From positions 72,912,001-72,976,000 of the forward strand of contig JAGIQG010000014.1 of assembly GCA_024679065.1 (NCBI GenBank): 64,000 bases of DNA, written 5' to 3'. A model generated the notes under the pieces. The model saw only the letters and a program-made list of their open reading frames with translations, was not told the DNA's origin and ran no database searches. Of the stretch, positions 12,430 to 24,400 are shown piece by piece. Source of the stretch: Sphyrna mokarran. Lineage: Eukaryota. Position numbers and translations under genes: made by a program. The stretch's first letter is position 1, and the number at the start of each line of letters is the position of its first letter.

Positions 12430-15400
12430 CTGCAATCAAACAGAAAGAGTTCACGTCAGTTCAACAATTAATCTAAAATCCTGAAATTTCAATTCTTTTC
12501 AAAATGTTGCTTTGTCTGGTTTCTGTATGTAAGCAATTTGTGTAGATTTACTGTAAAATTCTTTCACAGAATGTACGCATCACTGTCTATAGAATCATAG
12601 AATACCCACAGAGGCCATTCAGCCCATCAAGCCTGTTCTGACAACAATCCCTGTAACCACACATATTTACCCTGCTCATCTCCCTGCCATTAAGGGGCAA
12701 TTTAGCATGGCCAATCAACCTAAACCATGCATCTTTGAACTGTGGGAGGAGACCGGAGCATCCGGAAGGAACCCACATAGACATGGGAAGAACATGCAAA
12801 CTCTACAAGTCACAGAAATCATAGGAATCTAGAAACCCTACAGTACAGAAAGAGGCCATTTGGCCCCTCGAGTCTGCATCGACCATAATCCCACCCAGGT
12901 CCTATCCCTATATCTCCACATGTTTACTCGCTAATCCCCCTAACCTATGCATCTCAGGACACTAAGGGGCAATCTTAGCATTGCCAATCAACTTAACATG
13001 TACACCTTTGGATAGTGATCCAATATGTGCTCCTGAGTATCAGCCTGGAGATTGTGCTCAAGTCTGAGTTTGTGGATCCCACAACTTTCCGATTCAAAAA
13101 CAAGAACGTTAACTCACTGAGCCACAGGTGACAGAAACTTAGAGGCTCAATTGGGACTTTACCTGCAATTTCCATCAAAGGCAAATTAAAAAGCCGTGGA
13201 GGGGGCATTAACAACATTACTGTAGGTAGTGAGAAAAACACACCCCTTTCTTTCTCTGTTAACGTTCCCTCCCACCCCCAGTTTTCAGGGTTAAATTACA
13301 AGGAAGGCTTGCATAGGCTGGGATGTGAATTTTGAAAAGAAGGTATTGTTTATTTGAAAGCTAACAGGGAGCAAAGTCTTAGATGAGATTGAGTGTAAAG
13401 AGGAGGAGGTGGGTAGTTGATCAAGGATATTAAATACCCCATGGGTATTTAATTGGGCTGAATGCTTTTTTGGCATTAGGGAACATTTGTAATGAATTTT
13501 CCCTCAGGACATAGCTGGGTGGGAGAACTCATGGTAGGATAGAGTATGCATTGACGGTGAGAGGATAATGAATGGATAAGTAGAGTTTATTATAACCTGT
13601 ACACGGGCTATGAAATTGGTAGGGGTAATACATTAGGTCTTCCTTCATTTCTTGCTTTGTTAAGTTCTTTGGGTAGTGCATGTATCATATGCAACAACCT
13701 TTCCTTATCTAGAGGGAAGAGTATTTAGTGCCAAATGATAGCGCGATCCATAGCACAGGTGGGTAGTGACTCTAGCCTTGAATCTCTGCAGGCTCGCCTG
13801 CTTTGCAGGATGACAGAATGCTGGACTGTGTTAGTGTAATTCGGAGACACAAGGGGTTGAAATTACAATGCTAATCAAGAATCCAAATTATTCTTAAAAG
13901 TCACCCTCAAAATGTGTGGTTGCCACAGCTGCAGCAGAATTTGGGCAGAATATCTCTGAGGCCACAATGTTGACATGGCTAATTCAGTTCCTCTTGAGGT
14001 TGTGAGTGAGGATGTTCCACTACAGTAACAGCAATGAATGTCAAGAGGAGATGGTTAGATTCTGTCTCTTGCTGGAGGTGGTCATTGCAGGGCACTTGTA
14101 TGGAGTGATTCCCTCATTAGCAGGCCAAATCTAAACATTGTCCAGGTCTTGCTACACCTGGGCATGAGCTACTCTGAAATGGGAGACTTCTTAATCACAC
14201 CAAGAGCAAGAAAACTAAAACATACGTTTGCAGTCTAATTGGTGGCGGGTAGCTGTTCCTGGGATCTCGGTTCCATTCGGGTAAGTGCACCAACAGTAAC
14301 CCGTGCTGGACCAACACTGCTTCACCTCATAGTTGCCTTTCTCATCACATTTAGGGCGGAAGGTTCCAGGCATCAACTTGACTTCCTTGCGGCGTCTCTC
14401 GCACTCAGTTTCGGCTTTGACCACTGGACGAGGGAAGGTAATGTTTGACATCAGAATGATGTTCTTCACACCCCAAGGTCCTTTGCTTGCAGTTCCTTCC
14501 CCAAATTCCTCTATGGGCCTCTTCCCTATCTCTGTCACCTCCTCCAGCCCTACAAGCCTCTGGAGTCTCGCATTCCTCTCATTCTAACCTCCCGCGCATT
14601 CTTGATTTTAATTGTTCCGTTGGTAGTGGTCCTTCAGTTGCCTAGGCCATAGGCTCTGAAATTTCCTCCAGAACCCTGTCTGCCTCCCTAGCTCGCTGTT
14701 TCTTTAAAATTAACTTTCTGAAAAAAGTTTATCCTGGTGTCCCTTTATGTGGCTTTGTGCCCTGTGAAGTAGGTTGGGATATTTTAATGTGTTAAAGGTG
14801 CTACATCAATGCACATTACTGTTGTTGTTCCCTTCCCGCATTAAAACTGATGCCTCTGACACTCCGTTCAAGGCACACGTGACTTGGAGTGTCTCTAGAG
14901 TTGGGATTTGTAACTCCGCTGACTGCATGTTTTCCCGTAAGAAAGGGGACCAGGATATCCTGAGGGACCTGGAACTAGGGATCAGTATCCTGTGAAGACT
15001 AATATCGGACCATTGTCCTAATGTTGGTACAGACTCAATGGGCCGAATGGTCTTTGCTGCACTGTAATGCTTCTATGAAAGTAAAAGGGACATTGAGCAA
15101 GTCTCCAATGGCATAACAAAAGAAATTGTGTCCTTTCTTGAGGAGATGTAACAGTGAAAACTTACACTCAAAGCTGCAAGGTGGCACAGTAGCACAGTGG
15201 TTTGCACTGCTGCTTCACAGCTCCAAGGACCTGGGTTCGATTCCCGGCTTGGGTCACTGTCTGTGTGGAGTTTGCATGTTCTCCTTGTGTCTGCACGAGT
15301 TTCCTCCGGGCGCTCTGGTTTCCTCAAAGATGTGCGGGTTAGGTTGATTGGCCGGGCTAAAAATTGCCTTTAGTGTCCTAAGATGCGTGGGTTAGCGAGT

Positions 15401-18400
15401 AAATATGTAGGGATATGGGGGTAAGGCCTGGGTGTGATTGTGTTCAGTGCAGACTCGATGGGCCAAATGACCTCATTCTGCATTGTAGGGGTTCTATGAT
15501 TTCTGCAGCATTCTAGAGCATTCCTGATCTTGTGCTTGTGTTCCGATGCAATGTGGTCCCATGTGGAATAAGCAGATCAATTTTGAACTCAACAATGTTG
15601 ATATTCCATGGGGGCAGTCTCGGTGCTCTGGGATAAACATAGGGCTGCGGTCTCCCCTCACTCACAACAGCTGTGAATGAGATTGCAGAGATTTTTCACG
15701 CCTATTAGTCACTAAGAGAATTCCAGTGTTTAAGAATAAGAATGTAAAACGAATTAATATTTCTCTCAATGAGTAACAGGGAATATTGGCATAGAATATT
15801 TTCAGGAGATTAAATGATTGGCTAGGTCTATGGTAGGGCAGAGCACACATAGCCCGTGGGCAGAGATTCAGTGACTAGATAGAGTCTATGTTGGGACAGA
15901 GCATGCATGGGACAGGATTCAATGTGAGGGTAAAATCTATGATAGGGCAGAGGGTACATGGGTAGAGATTGCCACCTTGGGTGGCTATCTGTGTGGAGTC
16001 TACACATTCTCCCCATGTTTCATCCTACAGTCCAAAGATGTTCAGGTTAGCTGGATTGGCCATACTATATTGCTCCTTAATGTCCAAAGATGTGTGGGTT
16101 AGGTGGCTTAGCCATGCTAAATTGTCCCTCAGTGTCCAAAGATGTGCAGGTTAGCTGGATTGGCCATGCTAAATTGCCCCTTACTGTCCAAAGCTGTGTA
16201 GGTTAGAAGATGGGTCATGCTAAATTCTTAGGATTGTGAGTTGTGAGGTGAATGTTGGGGTTCAGTTCAAAAATAGACACTGAAATGAAACATTGGTATC
16301 AGTAAAAATGAGTACGGAGCTGTTGTCATGAGAACCCAACTGGTTCACTAATATCCATTTCGCAAAGAATCCTGCTGGCCTTACCTGATATGAGCCTAAA
16401 TGTGACTCCAGTCTCACACTAACATGATCGACTGTTAACTGTCCTCAGAGGTTGCCCATTAGGGCCCTGAGTTTCTTCAAGGAATATCCCACAGAGAGGA
16501 GGACTTCAAAGAACAACTTCCATCGCATGATGGAAGTTGTTTACTAATGAACGTAGCTCTCTCCCGCAATGCCTGCACCCCGAGAATCAATCATTATAAC
16601 TCCCCAGAAAAGATAACTGTTGGTTTTGTGTCTCAAGTTGACTTTCTTTGTCTTTATGTTTTGTGAAGTGTGTGTGGGTTAGAATTGGGTTCACTTCTCT
16701 GAGTGATCACATAATTATCAATAATGACTCAATTCTTTTTGTCTCAATTGCTTTCAGCTTAGCTCTGTGACCTTAGAACCCCATGGTTGAACCTTGACCT
16801 TTAAGCAAAGAAGGAGGTCGTTCAATCCATCTTGTCTGTCTCCTCTTCTCAAGATCAAAGCAACCCTAATCCCACAGCCAGGTTTTCACCTTGTACTTTC
16901 TGAATCAAAGCTTTCACGAGTTTTCGATTCAATGGCCAGTTCCTGCCTCAGTAACTCCCTATGGCACAAGTTCCCAGCCAGTGTGGAGATGTTTCTTCTA
17001 AACTCTATGCATCCATACGATCATAAATCGTAGGAGCAGATGTAGGCCCTTCGATCTATTGAGTCTGTTCTAACTCTCAATGGAATCATGATCTGATATG
17101 ACAATCCTCAATTCCACTTTCCTGCCTTATCCCCATGGACCTCGATTCTCTTACTGACTAAAAATCTGTCTATCTCAACCTTGAACATACTTAACAACAG
17201 ATAGCACGGTGGCACAGTAGTTATCACTGGGTTCAATTCCCACCTTGGGTCACTGTCTGTGTGGAGTGTGCACATTCTCCCTGTGTCTGCATGGGTTTCC
17301 TCCAGGTGGTTTAATTTCTCCCCACAGTCCAAAGATGTGCAGGTCAGGTGGATTGGTCATGCTAAATTGACCCTAAATGTCAGGGAGGCTAGCTAGGATA
17401 AATGCATGGGGTTTGGGGATAAGGCCTGGGTGGGACTGTGATTGGTGCAGACTCAATGGGTTGAGTGGTCTCCTTCTGCACAGTAGGATTCTATGATTCT
17501 ATGACCCAGCCCTTTGCGTTAAAGAACTTCACAGATTCACTCCCCTCTGAGAGAAGAAATTCCTCCTCATCTCTGTCTTAAGTGCATGACCCCCTGACTC
17601 GATGATTGTGCCCTCTGGGTCTAGACTCTCCCACAAGGGGAAACAACCTTTTCCTTCAATAAATTCCCAAATCAAAGACACATTTACAAACTTCAATGAA
17701 TCCTTCCCTATCCCAGTGCAAATATTCCTAATAATTCAGGTCTGTACTCATAACATGACTTATCCCCAGAATCATTCTGGTGAACCCAGCCTGTACCCGT
17801 GCTTTGGCTCTTTGGCTTGAGCCCCCACCTCCCCACTCCCCATTTACATGTAATCATGGTGGTCAATGAGTCAGAACTTATTGTGTCGCAAATGGTGTCA
17901 CGGAGTTTACAACAGGCCTAGGCAGGAGATGAGGAAAAAACCCCACTCGCGGAGAACTTGGGGAACCCCACAGATCCAAAATCACCCATTCTTCAGAGAG
18001 CATTACACTCAGCAGACATCCAGCTGAGTTTTCCATTCCTGACACGGGTGGGTGTCATCGTGGGTGGGAAGAGAATATTTGCAGGGCCGTTAAAAGGTGA
18101 ACAGCTCTCCAGATTTCCCACCCTTGCCTGTGACGATACTCACCAGCCAGAATCTTACCACCTCACCCATCCGAGGCTCGTAAGATCCTGCCCGAGGCCA
18201 ATCGGGAATGCCGTTCTGCACCCCCATCTGGAGTGGGCGAGGCAGTAAAATTCTGGCCAGCATGTCTCAAAAATACTTGTGAATTTTATTCCTTTGAGCT
18301 GTTCTGGGACAATGCGAGTGAACAGCCTGAAGATACCCTTCCCTAACCCAGTTCGCATCTTTGCTCTGCATATAGGGTAGGGGAAGACAGAGCTAGTCTC

Positions 18401-21400
18401 ACTGTTAAACTGACACCCAAAAGCACTGGTCCTTTCTAAATCTCACATTCGCCATGGATTAAACATCAGTTGCCATAGTTACCTTTTAATGCAGGAATAA
18501 CATTGGGAGATTTGGCCTCCTTCGGCTTGTTTTCAACTGGCAGGTCAACCATCATTGGCTTCATTGCAATGCTTGAATAGATCATTCTCCCTGTCGCAGA
18601 CACAAATAATGCAGTGGTTTAGCATAACATTACAGTGATACACTTGGCACCAATTCTCCAGAGCAGCTTGGTGTTGATCTGATTTGCGTGCTATATCTAT
18701 CTTCCTCTATGACTGTGGATCTCTTTTCTATTCATTCGTGGAATATGGGCATCGTTGGCTGGGCTAGCATTTATCGCCCATCCTTAGTTGCCCAAGGAGC
18801 AGTTGGGAGTCAACCACATTGCTGTGGCTCTGGAATCACATGTAGGCCAGAGCGGGTCAAGATGGCAGATTTCCATCCCTAAAAGACATTAATGAACCAG
18901 ATGGGTTCTTCCGACAGTGGTCATTAATATATTCTCAATTCCAGATAATTTTTATTACATAGATCATTACAGCACATATAGGCCCTTTGGTCCTCAATGT
19001 TGTGCCGAGTTATGTCTAATCCCAAGATCAAGCTATCCCACTCCCTATCATTCTGGTGTGCTCCATGTACCTATCCAATAACATTGGGAGATTTGGCCTC
19101 CTTTAGCTTGTTTTCATCTGGCAGATTAACCATCATTGGTTTCATCGCAATGCTTGATTGCGGGGGGGAAATGAATGTCAAAGGTGGTGGATGTGGTGAC
19201 AAGCATATAAAGCATATGAAAGATACATACCACCGTGTCTAGGTTGAGGTTGAGGTTTGGGGGGACTGGTTGTTGGTTCTGGCTTCTTCTCCTGAATGAG
19301 TTGAAAGAGAAGCCAGTTTTGGAGCCAAGTTTCAAAGTCCTGTGAACAAAAGATATATCACCAGGTCAGTATCTAATGGCTTGGGTCCTGTGAACTGTTT
19401 TGTGGGTTTATTTTTGTTGGAGGGAGGCATCTCTCAAACCAAGCTCAAACACTGAAGGAGTGAGTTTCCACAAACTTTAAACTTTCGAATGATTGAGAAA
19501 GAGTAGACACAGAGAAGATAGTTCCAATTCTTCAACAGCAGTTGCTGGAGGTGTAGCACTCTGTCCCACAGAAAGGCAATATAGAATAGAAGGATTGTAG
19601 AATTTCTGCAATGCAGAAGGAGGCTATTCAGCCCATCGAGTCTACACCGACAGCAATCCCACCTAGACCCTATCCCCATGTATTCCCATGACACTACGGG
19701 GCAATTTAGCATAGCCAATCCATCTAACCCACACCATCTGCAGAGTTTTGGAGGAAATTGGAGCACCCGGACGAAACTCATGCAGACACGGGGAGAATGT
19801 GCAAACTCCACACAGTCATCCAAGGCCAGAATTGAACGCGTGTACTTGGCACTGTGAGGCAGCAGTGCCAACCACTGAGCCACCGTGCCACCCAGAGGAT
19901 GCCAGCTCAATTATACATCTTCAAAGGTGAATGTAATAGATCTTTGTTTGTCATGAGGTGTCAAGAAATTATGGAGCCACAATGGGATTAAGGCACAGAT
20001 CAGCCATGATATTGCAGAACACACCGGAGGGGCTCAATGGCCTCCTCCAGTTCATGAGATGTGGGAGAAATTAAAACTAAAGAGACCTAGAAACATAGGA
20101 TATTGGAGAAGGAGGCCATTCAGCCCTTTGAACTTGTTCTGCTATTCATATTGATCATGGCTGATCATCCATAGCCTAATCCCACCTTCCCCCCTGCCCC
20201 CAAATCCTTTAATCCACTTCACCCCAACAGCTATACCTAACTACTTCTTGAAAACATATATTTTGACCTCAATTGCTCTCTGGGTAGAGAATTCCACACT
20301 TGCTGCGTGAAGAAATTTCTCCTCATCTCCATCCTAAACTTTCTATCCCGTATCCCAATGTTATAAGCCTGATTCAGGAGACCCTCCATCACCGAGAACA
20401 TCCTTCTATACTGTCTAGTCCTGTTAGAGTGAGAGAAATCAGTCTCCAAGACCAGAAGACCATCAGACATAGGAACAGAATTAGGCCACTCGGTCCATCC
20501 GTCGTTCAATCATGGCTGATATTTTTCTCACCCCTATTCTTCTGCTTTTTCCCCATAACCCTTGGCCCCCTCATTAATCACGAACCTATCTATCTCTGTC
20601 TTAAAGACACCCAATGATCTGGCCTCCACAGCCTTGTGCAGCAAAGAGTTCCACAGATTCACTGTTCTATATCGTTGGGAGCAGTTGAGGTAATGCATTT
20701 AAGAGGAAATTAATAAGATGCATCAGGGAGAAATTAGAAATTATGCTGATGGGATGAGGTGGGAGAAGACTTGTGTGGAGCTTTAACATTAACATGGACC
20801 GGTTGGGCCGAATGGTCTTTTCCTATAGTATAAGTCAATATAATCCTTTGCAACAAAACACTGACCTGCCATTCGGATTCAGTCATGCTCTCTCTCAGTA
20901 GCTTGATGTTGGCAGAGAAGGAACTGTTGAATTCAGGAATCGTCTTGCTTGCGTTCTCCTTCTGCCATTGAAAAAGCAACATCATGTCATCATTGGCTAA
21001 CCGTTTAACCAAAGGTGCGGTCACCCATTCTTCAATGATTTTAAACCTTTTGTTCAGATTTGAGTTACGCAGAAATGGCCTTATGTCTGTCAAGTGCTTT
21101 TCCATCCCTCATGGTTGGTTGGGAAATTGATGCAAATGAACGAAGCCTTCAATAACTTTTGGGCCATTCTTCCCACGTTCAGCTCACAAAAATGGAGACA
21201 TGTTGATGCTATAGAATTATTCGAGCCATCCAGCTTATTCCAGCTATCTGATTAGTCCAGCATGCCCTGACTATCTTTTTCCCGTAACTCCTCAAATATA
21301 ATCTTTCGAAATCATTTTTAAAGACCCTTTATAAACCACTAGATCCACCTCAGCAGGAGGATCATATTTACTACCAAACGCCATTAAGTTGACTACTTGA

Positions 21401-24400
21401 AGAGGCAATGGTCTAGTGGTATTATCGTTAGATTATTAATCCAGAAACTTAGCTAATGTTCTGGGGACCCGCGTTCGAACCCCACCAGATGGTGATATCC
21501 GACTTCAATAAAAAAATCTGGAATTAAGCATCTATTAATGACCATGAAAGCATTGTTGGAAAAACCCATCTGGCTCACTCATGTCCTTTAGGGAAGGAAA
21601 TCTGCCATGCTTACCTGGTCTTACTCCAGAGTCACAGCAATGTGGTTCACTTTCAACTGCCCTCCAAGGGCTACTAGGGATGGGCAATAAATTCTGGCCA
21701 GCCAGCGGCGACCATGCTAAATAATCAAATGAATTTAAAAAAAGAATTTGGCCAGAATTTTATCACTATTCATGCTGATGGGATTTTCCCATCCCTTCGC
21801 AGTGAATGAAGATTTGGCCGGTCATCAAATTCTCTGACCTTGTTGCACCGTGAGTGCGAATGGCCGGAGAGGTCGTGATCTTTGGAGAAGGTGCAGAGGG
21901 GATTTATTAGAAATGTGCTGGGAATAAAGAGCTTCAATTATGTGGAGGGTCTGGAGAAGCTGGGTTGGTCTTCCTTCGAGCAGAGAAGGTTAAAGGGCAG
22001 ATTGAATGGAGGTGGTCAAAATTACAAACAGTTTTGAGAGTATAAAAGGGAAGGAATTGTTTCCTTGAAGCTTTCAAAAATGTCCTACCTTCAGCAGTTC
22101 CTGCACCTGTTCTGGCAAGGTCAAGGGCTTGGCAGGAGTGGGTTTTGGAGCCTGTGGAAAAAACGCACACAGAAAACCCAAATGACATTTTTCTCTGATA
22201 TAATTAACAAGTTGTAACCATCATGAACAGTTCCAAAATCAAAGCTCATCAAAATATGTCAATCTGATCCTGCTTGAAGTGTCACACCAACTCTGGAAGA
22301 ATTTACCAACTTCCACTGGATAACTTCCCTATCTTTGGGTCATCGCATTGTGGGTCCCAGTCCCACACACTCCAGAGACTCAAATGTAAAAGCTAGGCAC
22401 GGTGGCACAGTGGTTAGCACTGCTGCCTCACAGTGCCAGGAACACAGGTTCTATTCCAGCTTCGGGTCGCTGTCTGTGTGGAGTTTGCATGTTCTCCCCA
22501 TGTCTGCGAGGGTTTTCTCCGGGTGTTCCAGTTTCCTCCCGCAGTCCAATAGGTTGATTGGAGATGCTAAATTGTCGTTCGGTGTCAAGGATTAGCAAGG
22601 TAAATATGTGGGATTCCGGGAATTGGGCCAGAGCGGGATTGTGGTCGGTGCAGGCTCAATGGGCCAAATGGCCTCCTTCTCATTGTAGGGATTCTATGAT
22701 TCTCCCAGTACTGGGAAGCATTGCCCCACCAAATGAGATGTGCAATCCATGATATCTGCCTTCTGAGGGGGAGGAATGTTAAAAAATCCCACAACCTCCG
22801 TTGTAGACAAGCAGGATTGTTCTCTGTACAAGCTTTTGCTGGGAATGTGGAATGTTCTGTGCAAAAGCCATCACTTTCCCTCTTTTCATCCATGTGCCAA
22901 TGGCCATGAACTTTAGCCCTCGAGCATCCAACCGGAAACAAACACGGAATTAAGTTAACTGGAAATGGGTGATGGAGTCCAAAGTAGTGGGTTAGACCTC
23001 ATGATTTTAGTCAGAGACAGGAAGAAGTCTTACACCAGGTTAAAGTCGAAAAGGTTTATCATGACCCCTCGGAGCTTTGCTCCTTCATCAGGTGTGTGGA
23101 GACTTGGGTTCACAAACACATTATTTATAGACAGAAACACAAGTTACAAGATAATGTTTGGAATGTGAGTCTTTACAGGTAATCAGGTGCAGACAGTGCG
23201 AGTGGAGAAAGGGATAATCCCAGGTTAAAAAGGTGTGAATTGTCTCAAACCAGAACAGTTAGTAGGATTTTGCAAGCCCAGGGCAAATGGTGGGGGTTAC
23301 ACCTGGCGTGGCATGAACTTGGAGCTGGAGGAGCAGCAGTCGGTTCCTCCCACTCCTCTGTCAGTGTTTGAACGGTGCGGATTGAATTGCGGAAGGCTGC
23401 AACAGCTACCGATCGGATTCCGCACCAGCATGAGGAACAGAAACTTAATTCTCCTCCACCCATTCCCACCCATTCTGTATGGTTCAGCTCATCCAGAAAA
23501 TTCTGGAAAATCTCAGCTGGTCTGACAGGCCCTGCGGACAAAGAGACAGAGCTAATCCAGATGACCCTGCATCAACTCCACTGTCCTCAGGCTTTATTTT
23601 ATGTTTGTATGGAGTGGGCAGAGAGGGTAGATGGAGGGGGTGCTTGGCAGAAGCTTGGTTCAATCGATTGGTGTGGGGTCAGCTGGAGGGAGGATGGGTC
23701 AGATTCATGCTTAATGTTGGATTCGCTTGATAGGGAGGGGAGCTAGGAATTGGGGTGACGAAGAGGGTATAAGGCCATAAAATGTAGGAGCAGAATTAGA
23801 ATTAGGCCATTCAGCCCATCGAGTCGGCTCTGCCACTCAATCATAGGTTTCTCAACCCCATTCTCCCGCCTTTTCCCCGTAACCTTTGATCTCTTTACCA
23901 ATCAAGAACCAATCGATCTCTGTCTCGAGGGTGCTGAGAATTTTGACTGACCCAAGTTGGAAAACAAAGCCAGGATGCCTCACAGACCCCAGGCTGAACA
24001 CAGGGCCTGGTGATGGTCAAGGAGGATGAGGGGAGGGTGGGGTGGGGGGGGGGAGCAGTAACAAGGCGACCAAGGAAAGTAAACGGAGAAGACAGTTTCA
24101 CACTGAGTGATGACTTCCTTCCCTCCTCCTGGCTCCACCACTCCGCCCCCAACCTATTATCCCGCTACTTGGTCCCGCCAATTGCACCAAGTCCCTATTA
24201 GGACATGGAGGAGGGGCCCAATGGAACAGCAGCATAATTTCAACATCCATTCCCTTTGTGCAATACTTTATCCCCTTCTCAGAACATCTCCATATCCAGT
24301 GAGTCTGAAGGAAGATCAGTCACTGTAACCAGGTGGGCCAAAGCCAACAGCCACTGTTGTGCACAGTGAGATCCAAAAAATAGTCACTCTGGTGACCAGC

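Noticed and set aside
14424-14538. N-terminal part of the thyroglobulin-domain ORF as a standalone gene
   Set aside because: Intronic read-through; the real exon starts at the acceptor at 14423.
15180-15250. tRNA genes at SINE heads
   Set aside because: A/B boxes continue into the SINE body and no intact cloverleaf is evident.
19077-19230. Read-through or splicing of exon 6 into the duplicate exon as a coding isoform
   Set aside because: Intron read-through hits TGA, and the only nearby AG gives a stop within 4 codons.
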